Source: Candidatus Omnitrophota bacterium (lineage in GTDB: Bacteria; Omnitrophota; Gorgyraeia; Zapsychrales; Fredricksoniimonadaceae). Taken from it: a DNA stretch of 64,000 nucleotides. Shown piece by piece: positions 56,606-64,000 of the stretch. The translations under genes were made by a program, and so were the position numbers. How positions within the stretch are numbered: position 1 is the stretch's first letter; each line of letters starts with the position of its first letter. The stretch covers positions 209,138 to 273,137 of the forward strand of contig JADFXH010000001.1 in the NCBI GenBank assembly GCA_015233675.1, in the 5' to 3' direction. The notes under the pieces are model-generated. The model was not told the origin of the DNA, searched no databases, and saw only the letters and a list, made by a program, of their open reading frames with translations.

Positions 56606-58049
56606 CCGCCCCAGCCTCCCACTTTCCTATGCCCGCCATGACGTCTTTAAAGCACAATTTGCCCAACTCATCAAAATTACTCCCTAAAATGCGCTGGATT
56701 CTTCCCGGTTTAGAATAAAATTCACGCATTCCCCAAGCCCCCAACCTGCCTAAATCCTCAATAGTTAAATGGTCGGTTGGCACAACCGGATGAAGGAAAT
56801 CCCACTGGAGCATATCGAGCTTGTCGGGATTGATCCATCCGCGTTTTATCCCATCTGTCCAAATTGGCGATCCGGGAGGCGGCGTAAGATAACCCACCCA
56901 CATAACATCCGGGTCAACTTGATCAGCGAACTCAAAACGCTTTTTTATTATGGCTTCATTGTCATAATCAAAACCGATCATAATATCCCCCACAATGGCA
57001 ATATCACTGGTCCTTAGTATCTCAATGGTCTTGTAAATCTGATCGACCGTGATCCCTTTTTCCAATTTACGCAACTCGTCATCGCTGGCCACTTCAATTC
57101 CAAAGACAGCCATGAACAACCCTGCTTTTTTCATTAAAGGAATATCCTTCTCTAATTTTATCCAATCGCTGGCACACCCCAAGCATACCCACTTCATTTT
57201 AAGGTTGCGCTTTATCTTTTCTTCACAAAATTCTCTGACCCGTTTGGGATTCAAAAGGAAATTGTCCTCCTGGATAACAACCACTTTCACACCAAACTTC
57301 TTTTCTAATAATTCCACTTCGTCGATAACCTTTGCGGCTGATTTTGCCCGCCAACGATTAAAATGGTTAAGTGACCTGGGATCATGCTCGCTCCACTCAT
57401 AACAAAATGTGCAGCCGTGGGTGCAGCCACGAGAAGTAACGATCTCCGCAAACGGCTTCCAATAGGTATGTCCCACATACTTATCCATAGGGAAAAGATC
57501 ATATGCGGGGATGGGAAGAATATCCAAGTCCCTGATTAGCAAACGCACAGGCCCAAAAAGAACTTTACCGTTCTTACGGGATGAAAGCCCCGGAATTTCG
57601 CTAAAATCTGTTTCTCCTTTGTTTAACGCATCCATCAGATCATTGAACGTAAGCTCCCCTTCTCCCATAACAACGAAATCAATATCTGAATTTTTTTCAA
57701 GCGTTTCCTTGCCGAAAAAGGAATACCACAACCCACCGACAACAATTTTAGTTTCTGGAAGAATCTTTCTTATCGCACAAGCCGTGTCATTAAAATACTT
57801 CTGTACCGCAAATCCGCCATAGGAATGTAAAATGTCTCCTAAAACAAGCACCTCAGGGTTCTTCGCCTTGACTTGATCGAGCATAGCATCAAATGAAATC
57901 TCAAGGGCCTTACAATCTAAAACTTCCGGCTGTATTGTCCCCATTTGACGGGCATACGCCGCCCATTGTGCGTGCATTTGATTTGGCGCAACGTGATGGC
58001 CATGTGTTGCCCATGAACCCAACTTCGGTGTTAAAAAAAGAACTCTCAT
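56583..58049 (-). CDS. Cobalamin-dependent (class B) radical SAM enzyme
   Basis: B12-binding N-terminus (IVVGG, VVMGEGE), TSRGCTHGCTFC, FGIE. Confidence 0.92.
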   Translation of the reverse strand: MRVLFLTPKLGSWATHGHHVAPNQMHAQWAAYARQMGTIQPEVLDCKALEISFDAMLDQVKAKNPEVLVLGDILHSYGGFAVQKYFNDTACAIRKILPETKIVVGGLWYSFFGKETLEKNSDIDFVVMGEGELTFNDLMDALNKGETDFSEIPGLSSRKNGKVLFGPVRLLIRDLDILPIPAYDLFPMDKYVGHTYWKPFAEIVTSRGCTHGCTFCYEWSEHDPRSLNHFNRWRAKSAAKVIDEVELLEKKFGVKVVVIQEDNFLLNPKRVREFCEEKIKRNLKMKWVCLGCASDWIKLEKDIPLMKKAGLFMAVFGIEVASDDELRKLEKGITVDQIYKTIEILRTSDIAIVGDIMIGFDYDNEAIIKKRFEFADQVDPDVMWVGYLTPPPGSPIWTDGIKRGWINPDKLDMLQWDFLHPVVPTDHLTIEDLGRLGAWGMREFYSKPGRIQRILGSNFDELGKLCFKDVMAGIGKWEAGAVKGEKHI

Positions 58050-58627
58050 TTTTTTCCCTCTTTCACAATACCTTTTGACCAAATATCCATAACTGTTTCC
58101 AACGCCTGCTGAAACGTTATCCCTTCCTGTTGTAAAATTTCCGGATTGATAATGTTATTCACCGCACCTAAATATGCACGGACAGCTAAAGTCGGATTAA
58201 CCTGACGAAATTTTCCTTTTTTAATACCTACGTCAACGAGTTTTTCAAGCTCCATGACCTTTTCAGTACGAAAATCAACAAACTCCTGCCATAATTCCGG
58301 CAACTCAAGCTGAATATCTTTTAAGAAAAACTCAAACCACGGGGCTAATTCCTGCTGTAAAAATAGAATATTTAATGAAATGATTTTTAAGGGGTCTTTC
58401 TCTTTATTTTCGATCTCACCCTGATGATCGTTGATCCTATTTTTTATCCTTGCAACTAACGCTTTAGCAATAGCTATTTTACCGGGAAAATGCAGATAGA
58501 TTGTATTTTTGCTCATCCGGAGATCAGCTGCAATCTCATCCATTGTGACCTTATGGTATCCAAACCGGACCATACGGGCCTTTGCGGCTGTTAAAATCTT
58601 ATCAACTATAGGATTAGACGATTTCAT
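58046..58627 (-). CDS. TetR/AcrR-family regulator
   Basis: GYHKVTMDEIAADLRMSKNTIYLHFPGK; ATGA-coupled to the radical SAM gene. Confidence 0.95.
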   Translation of the reverse strand: MKSSNPIVDKILTAAKARMVRFGYHKVTMDEIAADLRMSKNTIYLHFPGKIAIAKALVARIKNRINDHQGEIENKEKDPLKIISLNILFLQQELAPWFEFFLKDIQLELPELWQEFVDFRTEKVMELEKLVDVGIKKGKFRQVNPTLAVRAYLGAVNNIINPEILQQEGITFQQALETVMDIWSKGIVKEGKK

Positions 58628-58640
58628 TGGAATTCCTTAT

Positions 58641-58691
58641 AATACTAATATAGTATTTTTGGTATTATAACTAAAAAATATACCATGTCAA
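58641..58691 (-). promoter_or_regulatory. tetR promoter with palindromic operator
   Basis: TTGACA(58691)-16-TATAAT(58669); AATACTA-ATA-TAGTATT at 58641-58657. Confidence 0.6.
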
Positions 58692-58744
58692 TACCTCCCG
58701 CCCGTCAGGGCCTTTTTAAACCAAGAACCACACAGCAAAAACTC

Positions 58745-59569
58745 TCAGCCTTTGAGCTTATCGTGGCTATCGAAGATGGTCACCTTAGTCCCGACAGGGA
58801 CAATATCATACAATTCTTCCACATCTTCATTTTTCATTCGTATGCATCCACCAGAAACCGATTGGCCAATAAGTTGAGGATAAATAGTCCCATGAATTCC
58901 ATATTTAGGTTTATCAAAGCCCAACCAACGAGTTCCTAACCAATTATCTTCTCTTCCCCCTGGCACAACCTCACCCCGATGATACCAAGTTGGAAAAGGG
59001 TATCGATACTTAATGGTGAATTCACCCAGAGGAGTGATTGTTTCCATTTTTCCGGTCGAAACATGATATTCTTTCACAATGTTTTTATTTTCCCTAAGCC
59101 AAAGTTTATTGGTCCCTTTATCGACAATGATTGTGAAAGGATGATCCCAAATAGATAACTCTTGGCCTTCTTTTAAATTATTTTCTTTTAAACCGTTTCT
59201 TTGCTTGATAAGTTCAATTGTAGTTCGATACTTTTTGGCAATCTTCTCCAAACTATCACCCCACAGCACTTTATAAAGCACTGATTCTGGAGACAAAACA
59301 CCTGAATGAATAAGTATAAAAGTAATCCTCCCCCACTCTTTTTTAACTTCTTCAATTTTGGAATATTTAGGAAAATGGTCAATAATCTTTACGAGATACT
59401 CACGCGACCTTAGAAAATCATTATTTTTTTTGGCCGCCATTGCTGACGTGTAAAGAACTTGCGCTTCGTCAATTAAAGAGACAGCTTTTTTCGATTCTTG
59501 GGCACAGCAAAATGATTGAAGAGTTAATAAAATCCCGATAGCACAGATGTGGCGCTTCACAAAAATCAT
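58745..59569 (-). CDS. L,D-transpeptidase with LysM domain
   Basis: GDSLEKIAKKY (LysM), YGIHGT...SGGCIRM (YkuD). Confidence 0.94.
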   Translation of the reverse strand: MIFVKRHICAIGILLTLQSFCCAQESKKAVSLIDEAQVLYTSAMAAKKNNDFLRSREYLVKIIDHFPKYSKIEEVKKEWGRITFILIHSGVLSPESVLYKVLWGDSLEKIAKKYRTTIELIKQRNGLKENNLKEGQELSIWDHPFTIIVDKGTNKLWLRENKNIVKEYHVSTGKMETITPLGEFTIKYRYPFPTWYHRGEVVPGGREDNWLGTRWLGFDKPKYGIHGTIYPQLIGQSVSGGCIRMKNEDVEELYDIVPVGTKVTIFDSHDKLKG

Positions 59570-59774
59570 AACAGTCTAGAGATTGCCCCCCAATACTGCA
59601 ATTAAAGCCTTTATGTTTAACCTTTAACTTAACGCTTTTTAAGCTCTGACCTTTTCTAAATTAGTTTAATGGGCGCTCTGCTTTACTTTGGCCGCGTTGA
59701 CAACCTCTTTGTATGAACGGTGTAAATTTGATCTCCATTGGGGCCAAATTCATGTCGTGTTCTTTGTTTTTTCT

Positions 59775-60659
59775 TCATAGCATCTGTGCCCCAAGGGCGT
59801 CTTTCACCGGATGGAGCCTGTACCAATACACCAGCTTTCTCTTTCTTATCCCGGTATGCTTCCTTTTATAGTTATCCAATTGCTTAATATAGTACCAAAA
59901 TTCATCTTCGGAAAGGTCTGATTTCATCTCGTTTAACAACGCTGAGGCAAGCACGACCTTTGTCGAATCACCTGGCGCAACATGTTCAAAAGTAAAGTGC
60001 CAGGCGCTTCTATAATCGTCAAAATCCAGCGGCATCCCGGTATAATAACAGACATGGCCATGCTTGCGCACATAATCCCAAAGGCTTTTAGCCGCCTCTA
60101 AAGGCAATTGACTCTCATCGATCCGGCGTGAGATTAAATGGCATTTGCGGCAAAATTGGGCATTATAAAAATAGACGGGTTGGCCGCAGATACAACATTT
60201 TCTTTCGCAACTCACCTGAACTTCGATGTCTTCACAGCCCTTGATATACTCCCGGTTCCAAAGGCTAAGCCTTATCTTTCTGACCGGTGTCCCCAAGCGC
60301 TTGAAGTCAGCCAACTGCCGGATCATGTACCAGAATTCTCTTTCCGTGAGGTCTGATTTCATGCCGTTGATTAATGCGGAGGTGAGCACCACCTTCCTGT
60401 TATCACCGGGCTTCCAGTGGTCAAGAACGAAATACCATGGGCTATGGGAATCAGTCACATCAAGCCGCATTCCCGTATAATAGCAGACATAGCCATGCTT
60501 GCGCACATACCTGTAAATTCTCCTGGCGGCTTTTCGAGGGAGCTTGGCCCTGTTCACATGGATAACCAGTAACGCGCAATCGCAGCAATATTTCGCAAAC
60601 TGTGAGGTAATCGTTCTACCGCAGACGGCGCATTTTTTGATTAATGTCTTTCGCGGCAT
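59775..60659 (-). CDS. Tandem-duplicated Zn-finger/HNH-like (His-Me finger) protein
   Basis: Two ~145-aa modules: CxxC-x-CxxC, YVRKHGxVCYYTGM, DH/EH, VVL..AL.N.MKSDL...EFWY. Confidence 0.75.
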   Translation of the reverse strand: MPRKTLIKKCAVCGRTITSQFAKYCCDCALLVIHVNRAKLPRKAARRIYRYVRKHGYVCYYTGMRLDVTDSHSPWYFVLDHWKPGDNRKVVLTSALINGMKSDLTEREFWYMIRQLADFKRLGTPVRKIRLSLWNREYIKGCEDIEVQVSCERKCCICGQPVYFYNAQFCRKCHLISRRIDESQLPLEAAKSLWDYVRKHGHVCYYTGMPLDFDDYRSAWHFTFEHVAPGDSTKVVLASALLNEMKSDLSEDEFWYYIKQLDNYKRKHTGIRKRKLVYWYRLHPVKDALGAQML

Positions 60660-60775
60660 ATCTATACTGCTTTCCAGAAAGGCTAAATGAGACGCTCAAT
60701 AAGAATACCGTCGCTTCATCACTGGCCCTAAAAGAACTTATTGGGGCCCCTAACACTTGTACCTGCACTAAACAT

Positions 60776-60872
60776 TGCGGAGGAGCCGGGAGTCTACATC
60801 TAGCACTTATAACCACATTATTTCAAACAAGTTACACAATAATATGTCTTTCGCCCCACAGAAAACCCACGA
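60776..60872. mobile_element. att-like scar 1
   Basis: Minus strand GACTCCCGGCTCCTCCGCA resembles a tmRNA/tRNA 3' end; IHF-like TAAC..GTTA at 60810-60834; CCCAC repeats at 60855-60870. Confidence 0.45.
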
Positions 60873-60892
60873 ATTTTAACACTTAACCCTTT

Positions 60893-61168
60893 TCACATGC
60901 CGCGATACACTGATGATCGATGAAGAATTAAAATCACGCCCACCTTCTTGGCTTCTCTATCAATCTCATAAACAACCCGATCCTTTCCTACCCGATAGCG
61001 ATACCACCGCACAGACTTTGGTGTTTTTAAAAGCTTAATATTAGGCCCTTGAAAAGGACTGATTTCTAAATCCTCAAAACACAAATTAAGACGATCAACT
61101 AGATCATCCGAAGCCTTATTATAAAATTTCTCGGCTTGACCTAAGAGGACAACTTCAAATCTATCCAC
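60893..61168 (-). CDS. RelE/ParE-family toxin
   Basis: GPNIKLL..YRYRVGKDRVVYEID..ILHRSSVY; GTG start overlaps the antitoxin stop. Confidence 0.9.
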   Translation of the reverse strand: MDRFEVVLLGQAEKFYNKASDDLVDRLNLCFEDLEISPFQGPNIKLLKTPKSVRWYRYRVGKDRVVYEIDREAKKVGVILILHRSSVYRGM

Positions 61169-61394
61169 GTTTGATCTTTCTCCAAGCAACACCCTTACCA
61201 GCTTTAAAGTCATGACTGGCTTTCATGCCTTCGGCTACTTCATGCGATGTTAAGCGGTCGCCAACCTTTTCCAAAATCAGTTCACGGATGAACCCCGTAA
61301 AGGTCTTGTACTCACCATCGCTGATCTTCTTTGCCTGCTGATATAGCGGCATAGGAAGCCGAACAACTACGTCTTTTCTTAATGCCACACTCAT
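61161..61394 (-). CDS. Antitoxin (RHH-type)
   Basis: VVVRLPMPLY..FIRELI; DFKAGKGVAWRKIK tail; directly upstream of RelE. Confidence 0.82.
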   Translation of the reverse strand: MSVALRKDVVVRLPMPLYQQAKKISDGEYKTFTGFIRELILEKVGDRLTSHEVAEGMKASHDFKAGKGVAWRKIKRG

Positions 61395-61411
61395 GCCTAC
61401 CTCCTTATTTA

Positions 61412-61449
61412 GATATCATAAAGATATCATATTGATATCAATTTGTCAA
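61412..61449 (-). promoter_or_regulatory. TA promoter with triple GATATCA operator
   Basis: GATATCA at 61412, 61423 and 61434 (11-bp period) overlapping TTGACA-17-TATCTT. Confidence 0.75.
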
Positions 61450-61473
61450 AGCCCATTAATAAAAGCCCATTAA

Positions 61474-61510
61474 TAAAAAAACCGCACGTCAACTGATGTT
61501 AACTTGCGGT
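61474..61510 (-). terminator. Intrinsic terminator-like hairpin
   Basis: ACCGCA...TGCGGT stem followed by a T run on the minus strand, just past the tRNA-like TCCACCA end. Confidence 0.5.
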
Positions 61511-61724
61511 CCTTTGTAATAGCTGGTGGATCCGACTGCGACCAATCCGAACCTCTGGGGAGGTTCAGCTTAAGATTATCATAGAACCAAATACGCAAAT
61601 CGCAATATACCAAAAGCTTGCGATAAAGGTCAAACAATTACGTCAACTGGGCATGAGCAACCAAGAAGTAGCCAAAAGTTTAAAAATTGATCCCAAAACC
61701 GCGCTGCGGGCTTACCGGCATTGA
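61503..61724 (+). pseudogene. Start-less HTH-coding fragment (recombinase-like C-terminal tail) overlapping att-like scar 2
   Basis: WWIRLRPIRTSGEVQLK...YQKLAIKVKQLRQLGMSNQEVAKSLKIDPKTALRAY; minus strand 61524-61553 reads GGTTCGGATT...GGATCCACCA. Confidence 0.55.
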
Positions 61725-61733
61725 AACAATCCC

Positions 61734-62135
61734 TTAACTGGCATGGCAAAGAATCCAATACTCTCGAGGCGAGATAATAATAGTCCTTTTTATCTTCTTT
61801 AAGACCAGCATGTCCTTATCCCCTGTGATCAAATAATCTGCCTCACCGGACAAAGCCGTGGCGATAATCATGTGATCATTGGGATCTCTGAGATTTTCTA
61901 CAACGACGCGTTCAGGGGAAATCCATTGAGCCTGACTTTTTAAATAACGAATTATCTCTGAAGATTTCCTGGCAGGAATCTTAATCTTATCAATAAGAAT
62001 CCTCTCAACTTCCCCTGCTATAAAATCACCGCAAAGTATCGTGGTGTATTTTAAACAGTGCTCAAAAAGCTCATGACAAACCCCATGAGTTGCAAATGCA
62101 GCAACGAGGACATTAGAATCAAGAACAACTCTCAC
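61734..62135 (-). CDS. PIN-domain toxin (VapC/PIN_3-like)
   Basis: VVLDSNVLV, RDPNDHMIIATA, LITGDKDML. Confidence 0.93.
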   Translation of the reverse strand: MRVVLDSNVLVAAFATHGVCHELFEHCLKYTTILCGDFIAGEVERILIDKIKIPARKSSEIIRYLKSQAQWISPERVVVENLRDPNDHMIIATALSGEADYLITGDKDMLVLKKIKRTIIISPREYWILCHAS

Positions 62136-62356
62136 GTTTTTAGCCCCAAAATATCTTCATCCGTGACGAAGCCGACTTTTCTGGCATAACCCCTTACGTC
62201 TTTACTCAACTTGCGGAATTTGCGCACAGCTAAAAATTCCCTTAAAGAATCACGGACAAGATCACTAATGGGAACATGCTCACTACGACTAAGATCTTGC
62301 AACTCCTTTTGAAGCCCAACAGGCACTCGAACATTAATTAATTTAGAAATTGACAT
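62132..62356 (-). CDS. Ribbon-helix-helix antitoxin
   Basis: INVRVP...ISDLVRDSLREFL, GFVTDEDI; overlaps the PIN start. Confidence 0.88.
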   Translation of the reverse strand: MSISKLINVRVPVGLQKELQDLSRSEHVPISDLVRDSLREFLAVRKFRKLSKDVRGYARKVGFVTDEDILGLKT

Positions 62357-62370
62357 TTTGCAATCCTCCT

Positions 62371-62406
62371 GTAATACAATGTACTACATGCGTGCCTGTT
62401 TGTCAA
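62371..62406 (-). promoter_or_regulatory. TA promoter with palindromic operator
   Basis: GTAATACA-A-TGTACTAC over the -10; TTGACA-17-TACATT. Confidence 0.7.
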
Positions 62407-62538
62407 GTTAATGTCTAACTTAAGGACCCTGCAAGGAAAAATAAAAAAAGTTGCCATACAAAAAGGCTATTAGGCGCCAATGTATGGTATCATTTTTATT
62501 AAAAAGGATGCGGTTCAGATATGAAAATGTAAAAATCA

Positions 62539-62637
62539 TAAACCATTTAACTGCAATGGTTTACAAATTGGTGGAGGTGCAGGGAATGTCCGCCACCCTC
62601 GTCGCTGTTGCCCTGTTTTACCACCTTTTTTACCACC
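62539..62637. mobile_element. att-like scar 3
   Basis: TAAACCATT-7-AATGGTTTA inverted repeat; minus strand ATTCCCTGCACCTCCACCA (62569-62587); TTTTACCACC x2 (62616, 62628). Confidence 0.65.
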
Positions 62638-62665
62638 ATTTTCCCCTCACTTGACATTGGTGCTT

Positions 62666-63289
62666 TCATATGTCTACAACAACAGGCTTGTTCACTAACT
62701 GGTAATCTTCATCTAGAACAGAACAATTGATATACGCGCTGTCACCTGTTTTCTTGATACCATAGCTACCATGAATATGACCAAATACCACATAAGGAAT
62801 TTTTAACTTTCGCATCCTCTTAGCCAAGCTTTTACTGCCTAAAGAGGCCCCTCCAGGAACAGCAGTATCTAAATGTCCATATGCAGGACCATGAACTAAA
62901 AGCAAATCAGTGCTTTTTGGTATTTTACTCCAATAATTTCGATCCAAATTCTCTTCCGTATCCATAAAAGCCCAGTCCATAAAAGTTCTGGTCATCGGGG
63001 AACCCCACAAAGCCATCCCATTAGGCAATTCATATCGCTCATTACGTAAATAAACAGCTTCGGTAAAATACAGTTTTATTTCATCAGGATGTTTTTCACA
63101 GAAAAAATCATGATTGCCGGCTATGACTATAATATGTTTATGCTTTAAGCCGGATAGCCAGCGATTGAAATTAACTAAATCTAAAATAGAGCGAAATTCA
63201 CCGTCCCCAGCAAAAAGCAGAACATCTCCTTCTGGAACTTTAATATTATTATGTTGGGTATGGGTATCGCCAATCGCTACTATTCTCAT
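62666..63289 (-). CDS. Metallophosphoesterase (calcineurin-like, MPPED/239FB-type)
   Basis: GDTH, AGD, AGNHD, LVHGP, FGHIH. Confidence 0.93.
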   Translation of the reverse strand: MRIVAIGDTHTQHNNIKVPEGDVLLFAGDGEFRSILDLVNFNRWLSGLKHKHIIVIAGNHDFFCEKHPDEIKLYFTEAVYLRNERYELPNGMALWGSPMTRTFMDWAFMDTEENLDRNYWSKIPKSTDLLLVHGPAYGHLDTAVPGGASLGSKSLAKRMRKLKIPYVVFGHIHGSYGIKKTGDSAYINCSVLDEDYQLVNKPVVVDI

Positions 63290-63307
63290 AAGACTTTTAC
63301 ACTACAA

Positions 63308-64000
63308 TTACTTATTAACGTCGATTTGTAGGAAAAGATTGATACGTTCAACTTCTTTGACATATAGAGGCAAATCCTTTTGGGCACGTGCCAAAACCTT
63401 AAGAATATCTGCCCGCCAACCCTTGGGAAATTTTTTGAAACGATTAGCCATATCAGCAGTATCCACTATAACTGATGTGCAGATCGCCTGCTCAAGATCT
63501 TTGCCCCTCTTGTCCATGTTCTTTCGCCTAGCAGAAATAATTAATTTATGAAAGAAGTAGTTAGCTGGGCTTGGAACCCTAACCTTGACGCCCTCAACCG
63601 AAACGATTATAGAATCTTCCAAAAGAAGCCCCAAATAACGCAAAGGAACCGCTTTAAGACCAAGCTTCTTAAAATTAATAGGACCTGCCGATCCTCTTCC
63701 TTTTTCAGGGGTCAAAAATTCAATCACAAAATCTGCTTTCCAAAAGAATACAGAACCATCCCTTCTAAAATCACATCTAAACCCAAGCCCTTCGAGTTGC
63801 TGGGCAAACTCAAGGTGCTCCTTGCCATGAAATGGATTGGGAATTAAAAAATCTACGTCGTGAGTTACAAAAGGCAAAGATTTCGCCCCCAGATATTTCT
63901 GATAAATAAGAAATGACCAGCTACCGATGAGCTCAATACCCTCTTCGAATAGCCCGTTCTTTGCAAAAATCTTTAAAATCTCTTCTATAATCTTAAGCAC
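63308..64000 (-). CDS. Nucleotidyltransferase-fold protein (GSU2403-like); true start may lie beyond the window
   Basis: LIGSW, THDVDFL, IEFL, PSPANYFFHKLIISARR..K..KDLEQA. Confidence 0.85.
   Translation of the reverse strand: MLKIIEEILKIFAKNGLFEEGIELIGSWSFLIYQKYLGAKSLPFVTHDVDFLIPNPFHGKEHLEFAQQLEGLGFRCDFRRDGSVFFWKADFVIEFLTPEKGRGSAGPINFKKLGLKAVPLRYLGLLLEDSIIVSVEGVKVRVPSPANYFFHKLIISARRKNMDKRGKDLEQAICTSVIVDTADMANRFKKFPKGWRADILKVLARAQKDLPLYVKEVERINLFLQIDVNK

Noticed and set aside
59683-59778. 31-aa basic ORF coupled to the HNH-like gene stop
   Set aside because: The ATGA overlap is suggestive but there is no motif or other support.
60616-60886. ORFs 60644-60886 (+) and 60616-60816 (-) as intact genes
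   Set aside because: They run across the att-like scar with no coherent protein; only a short recombinase-like stub is plausible.
61448-61475. 14-bp tandem duplication AAAGCCCATTAATA as a target-site duplication
   Set aside because: The copies are adjacent with nothing between them; could be slippage or an excision footprint, which cannot be resolved here.
62451-62654. 67-aa plus-strand ORF
   Set aside because: It reads through att-like scar 3 (LVEVQG is the antisense of a tRNA-like end); no family motif.
85-63847. Numerous short antisense or alternate-frame ORFs in the track
   Set aside because: They are shadows of well-supported genes on the opposite strand or frame, with no motifs of their own.

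Overview
Bacterial chromosome segment. Gene content and style suggest PVC-superphylum/Ca. Omnitrophota, but this is an inference. Most genes are on the minus strand. 1-17 kb is housekeeping: rplY, prs, glmU, tRNA-Gln(TTG), ispE, a TPR protein, a 33-aa bS22/AURKAIP1-like protein missed by the ORF track, hisG, SurA/PpiD, cutA, pgeF, rmuC, ABC-F, RluB, TrmH and DsbD. This part carries several palindromic elements, one inserted in frame in pgeF. At 17.1-18 kb a RAYT/IS200-type HUH transposase sits between inverted repeats. 19.7-29.7 kb is an AT-rich type IV filament operon whose secretin has an unusual N-terminal domain and which ends in a TraF-type S26 peptidase, with no conjugation machinery in view. 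A divergent pilin gene is split at a G6 tract. 29.7-59.6 kb holds accessory metabolism and envelope genes: MarR-TolC-EmrAB, a PEPCK-like P-loop protein, TrpB2, CoA-disulfide reductase plus YeeE, a Cys-less exosortase homolog, GT-C-like proteins, a porin, a B12 radical SAM enzyme and an L,D-transpeptidase. 59.8-64 kb is a compact cassette array: a tandem-duplicated Zn-finger/HNH-like protein, RelE/RHH and PIN/RHH toxin-antitoxin pairs, a metallophosphoesterase and a nucleotidyltransferase. The cassettes are separated by three co-oriented tRNA/tmRNA-3'-end-like att scars, and one scar lies inside a recombinase-like HTH tail. No CRISPR array, rRNA or intact integrase was seen. All family assignments come from motif recognition; no database searches were run.
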